Below, piece after piece: positions 33,026-43,382 of a DNA stretch of 64,000 nt (position 1 is the stretch's first letter; each line of letters opens with the position of its first letter). The stretch lies in the IMG/VR virus record IMGVR_UViG_3300026488_000015, positions 82,526-146,525 of that record. One strand, 5' to 3'. Origin of the DNA: a virus. Under the pieces are notes generated by a model. It was not told the origin of the DNA. It saw only the letters and a program-made list of their open reading frames with translations, and searched no databases. The translations under genes were made by a program, and so were the position numbers.

Positions 33026-36000
33026 ATGATAACTAGAAGTTTTAACAAAATTGATTTAGATTTAGCAGTAGTAGAAGCAGAGATTGCTGGTGTTGTAATC
33101 TCAACAAACAAAATTACATCGGTGCAGAGTAATTCAACTCTTACTTTGGAAGGTAATGGTACTGGAAAAATAACACTCAACGATGATACAAAAGTAAACG
33201 GGAGCCTGAGCACTTCTAAGGATGTCGTATTCCATAGTGACTTTGCTTTAATAGCTGATGATTCTTCTGGAGAATTTTCTAATAGAAGTGGTACAAACAT
33301 AGACCATATTTGGCACAATGATACTACCAATTCTTGGAATTTTGTTTCTGATGGTACTTATAGAAAAGATGGAATTTCAGGTTCAAGTACTTTAAGAGCT
33401 CAACACTTAGCTCTTGGTTCACATCTTACTGTAAATGGAAATACAGTTCTTGGTAATGCTAATACCGATTCAACAACGGCTAGAGGTACAGTAACATTAT
33501 CTGATGCAGGAAAATTGACTAATATCAAGGGAACATTAAATGTGGACCAAGCAGTTTCTTTCGATTCAACATTAAATGTTGCTAGTACCACGACTTTAAA
33601 TTCAACTCTTACTGTAAATGGTAGCACGACTTTAAAATCAAATCTTACTGTAAATGGGAATACAGTTCTTGGTAATGCTAATACAGATACTTCAGTAATT
33701 CGTGGAACTCTTACATTATCTGATTTAGACAAACTTACTACTATCAAAGGTTCTTTAAGAATTAATCAAGACCTTGTTATCGATAAAGCACTAAATGTTA
33801 CGAACGATTTAGTTGTTGGTGATTTCAATGATTCAAACTCTAATATTACAGTTCTAGCTGGGGAAACGAAAATAGCACAAATATCTGCATACGGGTCTAG
33901 TCAAGGTACTGGAATTGTATATGTAGGACAAAGCAGTTCTCACGGTGGTGGTATCGTTTATAATGGCGATGACAACCCTAATTTACCTTTCAGTACTGAT
34001 AGTATATCAATGTTTAGAAGAAGTTCAGGTGTAGATTACGAGATTATACACGCAAGTCACGGTTCAAGTCGAGTTTTATTCAATGATAGCATTACTATTG
34101 AAGGTACATCTGATTCATCAAGCACTATTACTGGTTCATTCCAGACTAAAGGTGGTGTAGGAATTGCTAAGAAGTTATATGTTGGTACTTCTGTTTATGC
34201 ACCGACTTATTACGATTTAAACAATACTGGATATTATGGTAACTTTGCTAGTACAAGTAGAATGAATTTACTAAATCTTACGACTCTTAATGTTTATGGT
34301 ATTACTACTCTTGGTGATGCAGTTACTGATTCGACTAGAATTCGTGGTACTGTTACTATAAGTGATAATACGAAATTAACTAAGATTGAAGGTAAACTTA
34401 CAGTCGATGAAGCAACTATTTTAAGTTCTACTCTTAATGTTAATGGTAATACTACTCTTGGTAATGCAGTTACTGATTCAACGACTATTCGTGGTACTGT
34501 TACTATCGGTGATGATACGAAAAATACTAGAATTGGTGGTACACTTTCAGTTGATGAAACTGCTACATTCTCTGGTATCATAAATGCTAACGCTGGAATC
34601 AAACAAGATAATTTCTCTATTCTTAATGGTTCTGATACTTGGTTAAGAACTTCTGGGAATACTGGTTGGTATTCTGCCACTCACGGTGGTGGTATGTATA
34701 TGACTGATACTACCTGGGTTCAGACTTATGCAGATAAAGGTCTATCAGGTAGAGTACTAAGAAGTACTGTTGCACAAGGAACAGCACCTCTTGTTGTTAC
34801 TAGTACGACTAAAGTTGCCAAACTAAATGTCGATTATCTTGATGGTCAAGATATTTCATATTATAGAAATGCTACAAACTTGAATGCAGGTACAATATCT
34901 GATGCAAGATTACCAAATATTATCACTTCTGATATAAAAGGTATCAAGTATGTGGATAGTAGTAATGAAATGACATTAGCACAAGGCTTCGTTGGTGGTA
35001 GATTGTACTTAAATTATAGAGGAGCAACTTCTGCTATTACAGAATTATACATAGCTAATGGTCGTGGTGCTACTACAACTAATGTTATAGCAAGACAATA
35101 CACATCTAATGTTGCACAAGGAACAGCACCTCTTATTGTTGCTAGTTCAACTAAAGTAACGAACTTGAATGCTGATTATCTTGATGGTCAGACTTTGACA
35201 TCTGCAGGGACAGCAAATACAGTTGTCGGTCGTGATGGTTCGGGCGATATAAATGCTAGATTATTCAAGAGTACTTACGGTACAACATCATCATTAGCAG
35301 CAACTGCAGATATTTGTTTCAGAAATAGCACTTCAGATAATTATTTAAGATTCGTAGACCACGCAGGAATAATTTCTTGGATTGGTAAAGTAAACGATTC
35401 ACAAAAACTTGATAATCTCGATTCTACACAATTTTTAAGAAGCGATACAGCAGATACATACACTTCATTAAGTGGGGGTAGACTCACAGCAACTGGTACG
35501 GGTAACAACTATACTAATGGTGGAATAGAAGTGCGTTCATCGGGTAGTGCTATACCAACAATCGGTTTTCATAAACCAGGTGCTTTCGCTGGAGAACTAC
35601 AACTAAGAGCTAACAACGAATTTTACTTCCGTAATAATGGCGATACTGGAAATGCAAATGTAACTGCAGAGGTGTTTAGAGGTAAAGCAACAAGTGCTAA
35701 CTACGCCGATGTCGCAGAAAATTATCTTTCTGATTCAGTACAAGTTCCAGGTACTGTAATGGGTATAGGAGGAGAAAACGAGATTGCAGTATGGACTGAA
35801 GGAATGCCTCTAGCAGGTGTTGTAAGTACTAATCCAGCTCTTATTATGAATAACGAAGATTCTATTAAGGATAATGAATTGTATCTTGAAATAGCACTTA
35901 AAGGAAAGATTCCTTGTTTCATAGAAGGAGAAGCTAAGAAAGGACAATATTTAGTCCCTTCAAGTAATGGTAAAGCAAAAGTTTCTACTACATACAATCC

Positions 36001-36064
36001 AGAATTTAATATAGGTGTATGCATAGAAGATTCCGTAAACGGGACTGTAATGGTTAAAGTCTAA
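33026..36064 (+). CDS. Tail fibre/receptor-binding protein with internal repeats and a C-terminal chaperone/peptidase-G2-like domain
   Basis: T/S/N/G-rich; repeats VNGNTVLGNANTD, LG.AVTDST.IRGTVTI, VAQGTAPL.V.S.TKV..LN.DYLDG; C-terminal ADVAENY...GVVSTNPA..MN. Confidence 0.8.
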   Translation: MITRSFNKIDLDLAVVEAEIAGVVISTNKITSVQSNSTLTLEGNGTGKITLNDDTKVNGSLSTSKDVVFHSDFALIADDSSGEFSNRSGTNIDHIWHNDTTNSWNFVSDGTYRKDGISGSSTLRAQHLALGSHLTVNGNTVLGNANTDSTTARGTVTLSDAGKLTNIKGTLNVDQAVSFDSTLNVASTTTLNSTLTVNGSTTLKSNLTVNGNTVLGNANTDTSVIRGTLTLSDLDKLTTIKGSLRINQDLVIDKALNVTNDLVVGDFNDSNSNITVLAGETKIAQISAYGSSQGTGIVYVGQSSSHGGGIVYNGDDNPNLPFSTDSISMFRRSSGVDYEIIHASHGSSRVLFNDSITIEGTSDSSSTITGSFQTKGGVGIAKKLYVGTSVYAPTYYDLNNTGYYGNFASTSRMNLLNLTTLNVYGITTLGDAVTDSTRIRGTVTISDNTKLTKIEGKLTVDEATILSSTLNVNGNTTLGNAVTDSTTIRGTVTIGDDTKNTRIGGTLSVDETATFSGIINANAGIKQDNFSILNGSDTWLRTSGNTGWYSATHGGGMYMTDTTWVQTYADKGLSGRVLRSTVAQGTAPLVVTSTTKVAKLNVDYLDGQDISYYRNATNLNAGTISDARLPNIITSDIKGIKYVDSSNEMTLAQGFVGGRLYLNYRGATSAITELYIANGRGATTTNVIARQYTSNVAQGTAPLIVASSTKVTNLNADYLDGQTLTSAGTANTVVGRDGSGDINARLFKSTYGTTSSLAATADICFRNSTSDNYLRFVDHAGIISWIGKVNDSQKLDNLDSTQFLRSDTADTYTSLSGGRLTATGTGNNYTNGGIEVRSSGSAIPTIGFHKPGAFAGELQLRANNEFYFRNNGDTGNANVTAEVFRGKATSANYADVAENYLSDSVQVPGTVMGIGGENEIAVWTEGMPLAGVVSTNPALIMNNEDSIKDNELYLEIALKGKIPCFIEGEAKKGQYLVPSSNGKAKVSTTYNPEFNIGVCIEDSVNGTVMVKV

Positions 36065-37116
36065 GTAAGAAAACTTAGCACTACTTTATTCATAAACTCT
36101 CTATCTGATTTCTCAGGTAGAGTAGTCCTCAACATAAGTTCATCAACTCTATCTAAAGTATCTCGTACTTCATCAAGAGCATCATCTACATCGACACGGC
36201 CTTCTTTGACATCTTTCAATCTCTCTGCTTTTGTGAGAGGAAATTTAAGAAAGTTGGTGGTAAGAAGTTCTTCAACCTCTACAGCTACTCTAAGAGCGTG
36301 AGATAAAGCTTTAAAGTCTGTTTTTGATTCAGTCTTAGCAACAGTTTTTGTTCTGTTACCAAAACCTTCATATAATTTCTTAACTCTCTCAAGCATATAC
36401 AAGAAAGTAACATTTCCTTCGTACATTTTACCAAGGACAGAAAAATACTCACATTCAGTATGTTCACCAAGACCACGAGAGTTAGGTGCCATAACGAACT
36501 TAACATATTTGTATCCTCTTGTAATAACTTTCAAATCATCAAATCTATCACTAAGTTTTGTATCAGGTGAACCTTGTGCCCAGCCATCTAGTGCTTTTAC
36601 AAGTTTATCTAGCTCTGCATATCTATCACCTTTGACACCGAATTTCTTCGTTTGTCCGACAGCATATCCAACAAATTTCTTCATATTTCTATTTTGGAAT
36701 TTTGTGTGATTATCTTTCATTACTTTAGTAAATTCAGGTACTTCGTAAACGACTGTATCCTTTCTAAACATAGAGTAAAGTAAATCTACTGCACCCGTTT
36801 CAGAACCTTCGAGTAAATCCATAAATTTGTATGGAGAATATCCATCTAAATCTACATCATCAGCACCATTCTTTTCTTTAGTGTCTTTACCAACTTTAAG
36901 AAATTCTACATCTTTTTTCAATAGAACATCTTCTTTACTTGGAGCGAACAAAAATTTATAATCAGTATCAGAATTAACATTATCTGTACCGTATAATTTT
37001 GAACCACTAAGAGTCACATATAGAACCCTAACATTGTGTTTTTCTTCTAGTCCTCTGAGGACCTCTTTTAGTTTTTCGTTTGTCATTTTATGACCTTTAT
37101 TTTGATTTTCCACCAA
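36061..37116 (-). CDS. Pol-beta-type nucleotidyltransferase (RlaP-like)
   Basis: SGSKLYGT...SDTDY, KALSHALR. Confidence 0.8.
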   Translation of the reverse strand: MVENQNKGHKMTNEKLKEVLRGLEEKHNVRVLYVTLSGSKLYGTDNVNSDTDYKFLFAPSKEDVLLKKDVEFLKVGKDTKEKNGADDVDLDGYSPYKFMDLLEGSETGAVDLLYSMFRKDTVVYEVPEFTKVMKDNHTKFQNRNMKKFVGYAVGQTKKFGVKGDRYAELDKLVKALDGWAQGSPDTKLSDRFDDLKVITRGYKYVKFVMAPNSRGLGEHTECEYFSVLGKMYEGNVTFLYMLERVKKLYEGFGNRTKTVAKTESKTDFKALSHALRVAVEVEELLTTNFLKFPLTKAERLKDVKEGRVDVDDALDEVRDTLDRVDELMLRTTLPEKSDREFMNKVVLSFLT

Positions 37117-37195
37117 TCAATTTACGGTATTAATAACCGAATAAAGTATCTCTCTTTATATGTAATATTATAACATAAGTAACCTTAAAACCTTC

Positions 37196-37711
37196 TTAAT
37201 CTAGTAAATCAGCATATTTACCTAGTTTCTTTAATTTCACGCCTTCTAAAAACTCTTTGATGAATAGCTTGAAGTTATTGGAATCCCATCCACTGTATTG
37301 CATAGCTTGTTCTAATATTTTTGGGTTGCTTAGAGCTATTTCAGCTGTCTTACGGAATTTGTCGTGGTGAAGGTTAGCAATAGCGTGTCTATTCAATTCG
37401 TACATCAAATCATATTTACCAGTGAATTCTTTTATTCTTGGTAAAATAATCTCTAATGCCTCATAATTACCTAGTTCAATTGCTGTTTTTATAATCTGAT
37501 TGAAATTTTGTGAGTACTCATAACCTTTAAGATTACTGACCAGTTTAACTGCCTTTACATTATTCGTTTGGATTATTCTGCGTATAACCTCATCTTCATA
37601 AGGTATTTTGTTTTTTAAAAGTCCCTTGATTTCTTTATCAAGATTCCTTCCACCTGGTCCCATTGTATCTAAATCCCACCAATCTGTTACTTTTTCGTTC
37701 ATATCCAACAC
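37196..37711 (-). CDS. Helical-repeat (ankyrin-like) late protein with KLGKYADLL tail
   Basis: AIELGNYEALEIIL; ends KLGKYADLLD; late promoter at 37724-37731. Confidence 0.6.
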   Translation of the reverse strand: MLDMNEKVTDWWDLDTMGPGGRNLDKEIKGLLKNKIPYEDEVIRRIIQTNNVKAVKLVSNLKGYEYSQNFNQIIKTAIELGNYEALEIILPRIKEFTGKYDLMYELNRHAIANLHHDKFRKTAEIALSNPKILEQAMQYSGWDSNNFKLFIKEFLEGVKLKKLGKYADLLD

Positions 37712-37723
37712 CTCGTTTAATAA

Positions 37724-37731
37724 TATTTATA
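37724..37731 (-). promoter_or_regulatory. T4-type late promoter TATAAATA
   Basis: Exact match overlapping the stop of the upstream gene. Confidence 0.7.
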
Positions 37732-37978
37732 AGAATAAGTGAGGTGCCAGTTCTTTAGCTTCTTCTAAAGATTTAAAATCGTGTTTAATGTTGTTGGATT
37801 CCATTTTGTAGTTTTCTATCAGCTCGTAATCGCCTGAAGCACTATGGATGACTAAAACATCATCTAAGGTATATCGTTCCGTGTCTTCATCGTATCCGAG
37901 GACTTCGGCAAAGAATCTGAATTCGGCTCTATCGTCCTCTTTGTAATCCACATAAACGATAGCACCTATCCCATACAT
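37727..37978 (-). CDS. Hypothetical protein with PHLFL tag
   Basis: Ends ELAPHLFL. Confidence 0.65.
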   Translation of the reverse strand: MYGIGAIVYVDYKEDDRAEFRFFAEVLGYDEDTERYTLDDVLVIHSASGDYELIENYKMESNNIKHDFKSLEEAKELAPHLFL

Positions 37979-37980
37979 TT

Positions 37981-38454
37981 TTAGCTCTTCGAGAATAAAT
38001 GAGGGTTATTTTTCTTCATTGAATCCCACGAGTGTTTCGCAGCATCTGTAAGCTCAACAGCTTCTTCAAGCTCGTACTCTTCAGTTCTATCGTTATCATA
38101 TGGTTTAATCATAACAGGCGTACCTGATGCTAAATCCACGATACCCATAATGTCAAAAATATCTAATGAGCGGTAATAAGCCTCACCGTCAAAACCCGTA
38201 ACGATATAAATCGTGTCGTTATCTACATTGTAATAGCTGTCATCTAGCGACTGGCCTTCGATGTCTAATACCATCATTCCTTCAGACTGCTCTAAAACAT
38301 CTTCTGGTAGTGGTTTATCCCATCGGTCTTCTGGTGTTAAAATTAATCTGAATGGTATCCCAGCATCTAAATAAGTTGCTACTAGCATAAACATTTGGTC
38401 ATCTATCACTTCTTTTACCATTTCCGGGTAGTCTGTTTGTGGGGCTTTCATCAT
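37981..38454 (-). CDS. SspB-like (ClpXP adaptor fold) protein
   Basis: By-eye match to the SspB pattern: YLDAGIPFRLIL / LPEDV...GMMVLDI / NDTIYIVTGFDG...DIMGIVD, then an acidic tail ending NNPHLFSKS. Confidence 0.5.
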   Translation of the reverse strand: MMKAPQTDYPEMVKEVIDDQMFMLVATYLDAGIPFRLILTPEDRWDKPLPEDVLEQSEGMMVLDIEGQSLDDSYYNVDNDTIYIVTGFDGEAYYRSLDIFDIMGIVDLASGTPVMIKPYDNDRTEEYELEEAVELTDAAKHSWDSMKKNNPHLFSKS

Positions 38455-39120
38455 TACATCCTTTGTTTTGTTTTAAATCTTCTATACATAGATAATCTAC
38501 TAATATCTATTGTAGTTAATATTTTTCTTACACCACAAAAATCGTTATCTTGTGGTTTAGGGAACATATAATCTCGCGTGGCTTTCTCTACTTCATCTAA
38601 AAATTGATATTCTCCATCTACCCAAGCATAATCTTTTGTGACTAAATCATTGCTATACACTTTAACATCACTAAAATTATCCAGCATATAATTTAAGCAA
38701 GATATTTCTTGTTTAGTTTGGAGTACTTCAAGAGGAGCTATTCTTCTCATATATAATAATATTTCCTCAGCGTCGAACTCCTTAACTGGTGCTACGCACG
38801 AATTAAAATCGTTCATATCACCCGCTTCAGCGCAAATAACATAATCATCTGCAATATTAGCAAAGTTGTGTATAACAATGATATTAATAGCAAGATTCAA
38901 TTCATAAAGCAACTCTAAGAATAGCATATTCTTATCTTGGTCGTAAGACATATTGATATAAGCGTCTTGTTTAATATTCAGCTGATTGCCGATATAGGTT
39001 TTATTGTCAAACTTACGCCTATTTGTACAGACAGCAGGCAATGAAAGTGTGTCCGTAAAAAAATCAATATCTGTATTGCAATCGTTTATAAACATATAAA
39101 GCGTTGGTTTCATATTTACT

Positions 39121-39534
39121 TTACATCCTTAAAATTTTTGTTCGTTCGTTGAAATAAAAGACAATATCGTCCATTATTTTTTGTTGATTCTTAGATGTTA
39201 CTACACCGTCATCGATTCTGACCCAGCTGTAAGAGAAAATCTCCTCCGGGTCAGCACTAATACTAATTTCTTTATCAGTAAAACTTATAAGGAATATACC
39301 TACATCTTTACGGGAACCTTTTTGGAAAAAGTAATCACCAAGATATGACTGTGCTACTACAATTCCTGATTCTTCTTCGAATTCACGAACTGCACAGTCC
39401 TCAATGCTTTCTCCTTCTTCAATCTTTCCCTTGAAAAAATTGTAGTCACCTATTCTTCCTGTTTTATTTAATAGGACATAAACACCGTCCTCTCTAATCT
39501 GATAAGGACAAATACCATAAGAAAATTCTTTCAT
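39121..39534 (-). CDS. NUDIX hydrolase
   Basis: KGKIEEGESIEDCAVREFEEESG Nudix box. Confidence 0.9.
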   Translation of the reverse strand: MKEFSYGICPYQIREDGVYVLLNKTGRIGDYNFFKGKIEEGESIEDCAVREFEEESGIVVAQSYLGDYFFQKGSRKDVGIFLISFTDKEISISADPEEIFSYSWVRIDDGVVTSKNQQKIMDDIVFYFNERTKILRM

Positions 39535-40313
39535 ATTTTTCTCCTTCTTGTATTATAACACTCTTTTACTTAATTTTATTCTAGCTGTCGATACTGCAGT
39601 TTGTTATATCTTGTGGTATTTCTGTTACTGGTTTAGCTGTCATAATATCAAACAGCATCTTCTCAGCAAAATCATTGAGATTTGTATCGATTTTTACTGT
39701 TTTTACTATATTGAGCACATTCGTTGTTAATCCTGCTATACTGCAGTTAAGATGCAATTCAGGTTCTATTTTTTCTATTTTTTTCAGTAAAGCTTGAGGT
39801 AATGTCGTGCTAGTTAGTTCCATTATACCATCAACATATATGTCCCACATACCTATGGTATCTGTTTGTGCTACCACCACCTCTTTAGAGAATGATACAT
39901 AACCTTCTGGTGTTGTATTATCATAAACTAAATGATACATATTAAAATTACAATAAACGGGTACTGTGGCTCTGTAGCATATCTGTTTAAATACACTAAA
40001 ATTTAGTACCTTGCTAGTTTCAAGATATATACCTTGAAATCCCGATACTACTACGCTCTTAGAGCTTAACATTTACTTTTTCTTAGGTAAAGCTAAGTAG
40101 AAACCTGCAAGACCGAGAACAGCACCAGATAGTAATCCACCTGCAAGTAATACACCAGTAACACCTACGCCAACACCTACTTTTAATGGAGTGTTCTCCA
40201 TACCTTTGTCGAATAACTCTTTTACTTTTGTTTTATCTATTTTCATCTTTTAATTCCTTTGTTTTGTTTAATGTGTACTATTATAACACACTTATACTTA
40301 ATCTCTTCTTAAA

Positions 40314-40694
40314 TTACAGCAATAAATGAGGTTTTTCGTCCAAGTAATCTTGGAACTCCATTGATTTGTATATTCGTTCTTTGGGGTTGTCGTGAGTGTA
40401 CTTATTTCTATAATTGCTTATTATGCTATCTGAAGCTTCTTCTTCGGATGAGAATCTTGAAGCTAAATTAGCCATATTATATGCTACACCATTATAAGAA
40501 ACAAATCCACCTTGTGCTTCATCGTAAATATCTTTTGGTATAGATAGTACATCTAAGAATGCTAAATGTTTTACACTATCTAGCTCCCATTTGTAAAATT
40601 TGTACACTCTCGTAGCTGTATTTTCCAATAATCCACCTTCGTTATGTAGAGACATTTCCCAGCACTCATACTTTTTGAATCTCATATAAACCAT
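40314..40694 (-). CDS. Hypothetical protein with PHxxL tag
   Basis: Ends DEKPHLLL. Confidence 0.65.
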   Translation of the reverse strand: MVYMRFKKYECWEMSLHNEGGLLENTATRVYKFYKWELDSVKHLAFLDVLSIPKDIYDEAQGGFVSYNGVAYNMANLASRFSSEEEASDSIISNYRNKYTHDNPKERIYKSMEFQDYLDEKPHLLL

Positions 40695-40981
40695 CCTGGA
40701 AATGTAGACCTAAAATCTTCTGTGTCTTTTTCTGATAACAAAGTGGGTGTACTGAATATTAAAGCATCACTTTCGCCCTCATCATTAATATTCAGTATTT
40801 CTCCACGAAAGGTACCAGATTGCCCTTTCGTTTTATTTGATGTATATGATTCGATTACACCATACAGCCGTCCATCGCCAATGTCAGCTAGGTTGGCTAG
40901 AGTCTTATCGTATAACGGGTACAGAATCACTACCCTACCTATACAAGATTCGTTAGCCTTCATTAAAATCTGAAAAGTCAT
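40682..40981 (-). CDS. Hypothetical protein with C-terminal tag
   Basis: Ends STFPGWFI. Confidence 0.6.
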   Translation of the reverse strand: MTFQILMKANESCIGRVVILYPLYDKTLANLADIGDGRLYGVIESYTSNKTKGQSGTFRGEILNINDEGESDALIFSTPTLLSEKDTEDFRSTFPGWFI

Positions 40982-40990
40982 ATCGTTCCT

Positions 40991-41335
40991 TTATAGAAAA
41001 ATGTGAGGGTGGTTATCGATGTGGGGGTTCAACCACCTTAAGGTTTTCGTTAATTCCCCTTGCATTGTCTGTTTTGTTTTGTTACCTGATTCTAATTCTG
41101 AATGCTCAGAAACATTCTGGTAATAGGGTGTATCTAACAGCTCTTGGAGATATTTGGCTCTCTGAATACTAGAATCTATTTTAGCCTCTAATGAGGTCCC
41201 GTAAATATCTGTCCACGACCAACCCAACCTATCTCTCTGTATTCGTTCCTTAAGGAATTCTTCGGTACCAGAGAAATATTGCTCGAGGACTTTTTTCTCT
41301 TTATTCATTCTAACGGCAAACATTACAGAAACCAA
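40991..41335 (-). CDS. Hypothetical protein with PHxFL tag
   Basis: Ends DNHPHIFL. Confidence 0.65.
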   Translation of the reverse strand: MVSVMFAVRMNKEKKVLEQYFSGTEEFLKERIQRDRLGWSWTDIYGTSLEAKIDSSIQRAKYLQELLDTPYYQNVSEHSELESGNKTKQTMQGELTKTLRWLNPHIDNHPHIFL

Positions 41336-41682
41336 TGTGGATAACGAGCTTTCATTTCATTAGAGCTATCGTGACCTAGGACAGAATACTCGTTATTCCA
41401 CATATAGTGGGTATAATTTTCGTTTCTCTCTATACTCGTGTATGAGTGTGTACTAGTTAATTTCGGTTGACCGAAATCTATCGAGCCGTTAAGCAAAACA
41501 CCAGAAAGACTATTATTATCTCTAACGGTTTGAATTAAGGCATAAAGAACATTATCTTTACACCAAACACCCTCAAGGTTGCTTATTTTTCCTTGTTCAT
41601 TCATATTGTTATTGAAGATAAGTATCTCACCTACCTTATGTTTATCTCTGTATCCATCTTTTACATATATTGTGAACTGCAT
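41323..41682 (-). CDS. Hypothetical protein with PHxFL tag
   Basis: Ends ARYPHWFL. Confidence 0.65.
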   Translation of the reverse strand: MQFTIYVKDGYRDKHKVGEILIFNNNMNEQGKISNLEGVWCKDNVLYALIQTVRDNNSLSGVLLNGSIDFGQPKLTSTHSYTSIERNENYTHYMWNNEYSVLGHDSSNEMKARYPHWFL

Positions 41683-41683
41683 A

Positions 41684-42994
41684 CTAATCCTTCAGGTCGA
41701 TAAGGTATCTTTTTTGTCTTGGGTATGATTGTACCTGAGAACCTTCATTCATTTTTGTCGCCGATAACCAGAAGATAGGTGCTTTTGGTAATGCTTTCCA
41801 AGAAGATAGTTCTTCTATATATAAATCTGTAATAAACATAATAGCATTAAACTTCATTCTATTTTCGTGAATATAATCAATACCAGCTTCCATATAAGTA
41901 CCACCACAACCATTTCTCTCGAATGAAAAATCTTTAGCACTAAAATCAGTAACAGCAGAAACTTGCGTATCAACTTGAACAACTTTTAATGTCGTGTTTG
42001 TCATTTCGCAAATATGTCTAATCTCATTGAGAGGTACTAAGATTTCCTCATTTGACATTGAACCTGAAGTATCAACTAAAACGATTAACTCGAAAGTCGT
42101 ATCTTTTGTTTTACCTCTCAAATCCATACGACCAGGCATTCTACGGTCACGACGCTTGATAGTCAATCTCTTATTTGCCTTCTTGTTACCTACAAGTTTT
42201 TTCAACTCTTTTTTCCAGTTCACTTGAGCTTTTCGTTTGAATAAATCCAACATACTAGCGATGTCCCCAGGTAGATTACCTTTCGATTTACTGATAGCAC
42301 TTTCAAGCATATCACTCGTGATACTATCCATAATTTCTTGAGCTTCTTCTGAAATATCTCCCCATTGGTGAACACCGTCTGGTCCATCACCTAGAATAGG
42401 ATTCCCATCAGCATCTAAAGGTTGCCCGTTCTCATCGACATTACCACTCTCTATAGCATCTTTAATAGCTTGAGCGAGTGCTTTCTGTTTCTCTTTCTTC
42501 TCTTCTTTTTGGTCTTGATAATCTTGGTCTTCATCTAATAATCTGTAATACTGTTCGGTATTCAGCTTAGAAGGAAAATTGTAATCTCGGTAATCAACAC
42601 AACCTTTTGGTAAATGAGTCAAGACCTGATTAATGGCCATATCCATAGCTATATTAGCTTGTTCGTGGTCTTCAAAATCTTTTCTTACAGTCAAGTGTCG
42701 ATACATAATATGCAACATTTCGTGCTTGATAACATCGATTCGTTCTCTATCTGATAAATCTTCAAAGAAGAATGGGTTAATCATTAGGTTGTATGCACTG
42801 TTACTAAACGATACACCTGCAGTAGGTAAAGCATTTGACATTCGTACCTTACATTTAGCAATCAAGTGAGCATAAAAGTTATTTCCTGAAACAGTATCAG
42901 TAAACATAGCAACGATACTTTTTTCGAATGCATCACGATTAAATACCTTTACTTCTTTTTCTTCTTTTTCATCTTCTTTTGGTGTCTCGTTCAT
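41684..42994 (-). CDS. HExxH metallopeptidase-like + VWA domain protein (DUF2201-type), MoxR partner
   Basis: HEMLH, NIAMD.AIN, DTSGSMS (MIDAS), GGT, ITD. Confidence 0.85.
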   Translation of the reverse strand: MNETPKEDEKEEKEVKVFNRDAFEKSIVAMFTDTVSGNNFYAHLIAKCKVRMSNALPTAGVSFSNSAYNLMINPFFFEDLSDRERIDVIKHEMLHIMYRHLTVRKDFEDHEQANIAMDMAINQVLTHLPKGCVDYRDYNFPSKLNTEQYYRLLDEDQDYQDQKEEKKEKQKALAQAIKDAIESGNVDENGQPLDADGNPILGDGPDGVHQWGDISEEAQEIMDSITSDMLESAISKSKGNLPGDIASMLDLFKRKAQVNWKKELKKLVGNKKANKRLTIKRRDRRMPGRMDLRGKTKDTTFELIVLVDTSGSMSNEEILVPLNEIRHICEMTNTTLKVVQVDTQVSAVTDFSAKDFSFERNGCGGTYMEAGIDYIHENRMKFNAIMFITDLYIEELSSWKALPKAPIFWLSATKMNEGSQVQSYPRQKRYLIDLKD

Positions 42995-43047
42995 ATTTGT
43001 ATCCTTTTCTTTATATACAGTATTATAACATAAATAAGCTTAAAGCT

Positions 43048-43365
43048 TTATAAAATAGAGTGAGGATTGTCTTCGATGTACTGTAAGAATTCAGCTGATT
43101 TATGAATCATATTATATTTAATACCTATGACCTCTTCTGCTGTCTTGTATCCTTGGATGTATGACCAGACAGCTAATGTTGCATCATCTTTTGATTCATA
43201 GAATAAACCATAATCTCGTTTTGTCATTAATTTCACTTGGTATAGGCCATTGTAGGTTGAAACGGCTACTGGTTTTTTGAATTCATCTACTGCGTTCTGA
43301 TTGGTCATTTCTGCTTCTTGAAGAAAGACATTCAGTTCATTGGTGCATTCCCATTTGTATCGCAT
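43048..43365 (-). CDS. Hypothetical protein with PHxxL tag
   Basis: Ends EDNPHSIL. Confidence 0.65.
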   Translation of the reverse strand: MRYKWECTNELNVFLQEAEMTNQNAVDEFKKPVAVSTYNGLYQVKLMTKRDYGLFYESKDDATLAVWSYIQGYKTAEEVIGIKYNMIHKSAEFLQYIEDNPHSIL

Positions 43366-43382
43366 CGTTTCTCCTTGTTTCT

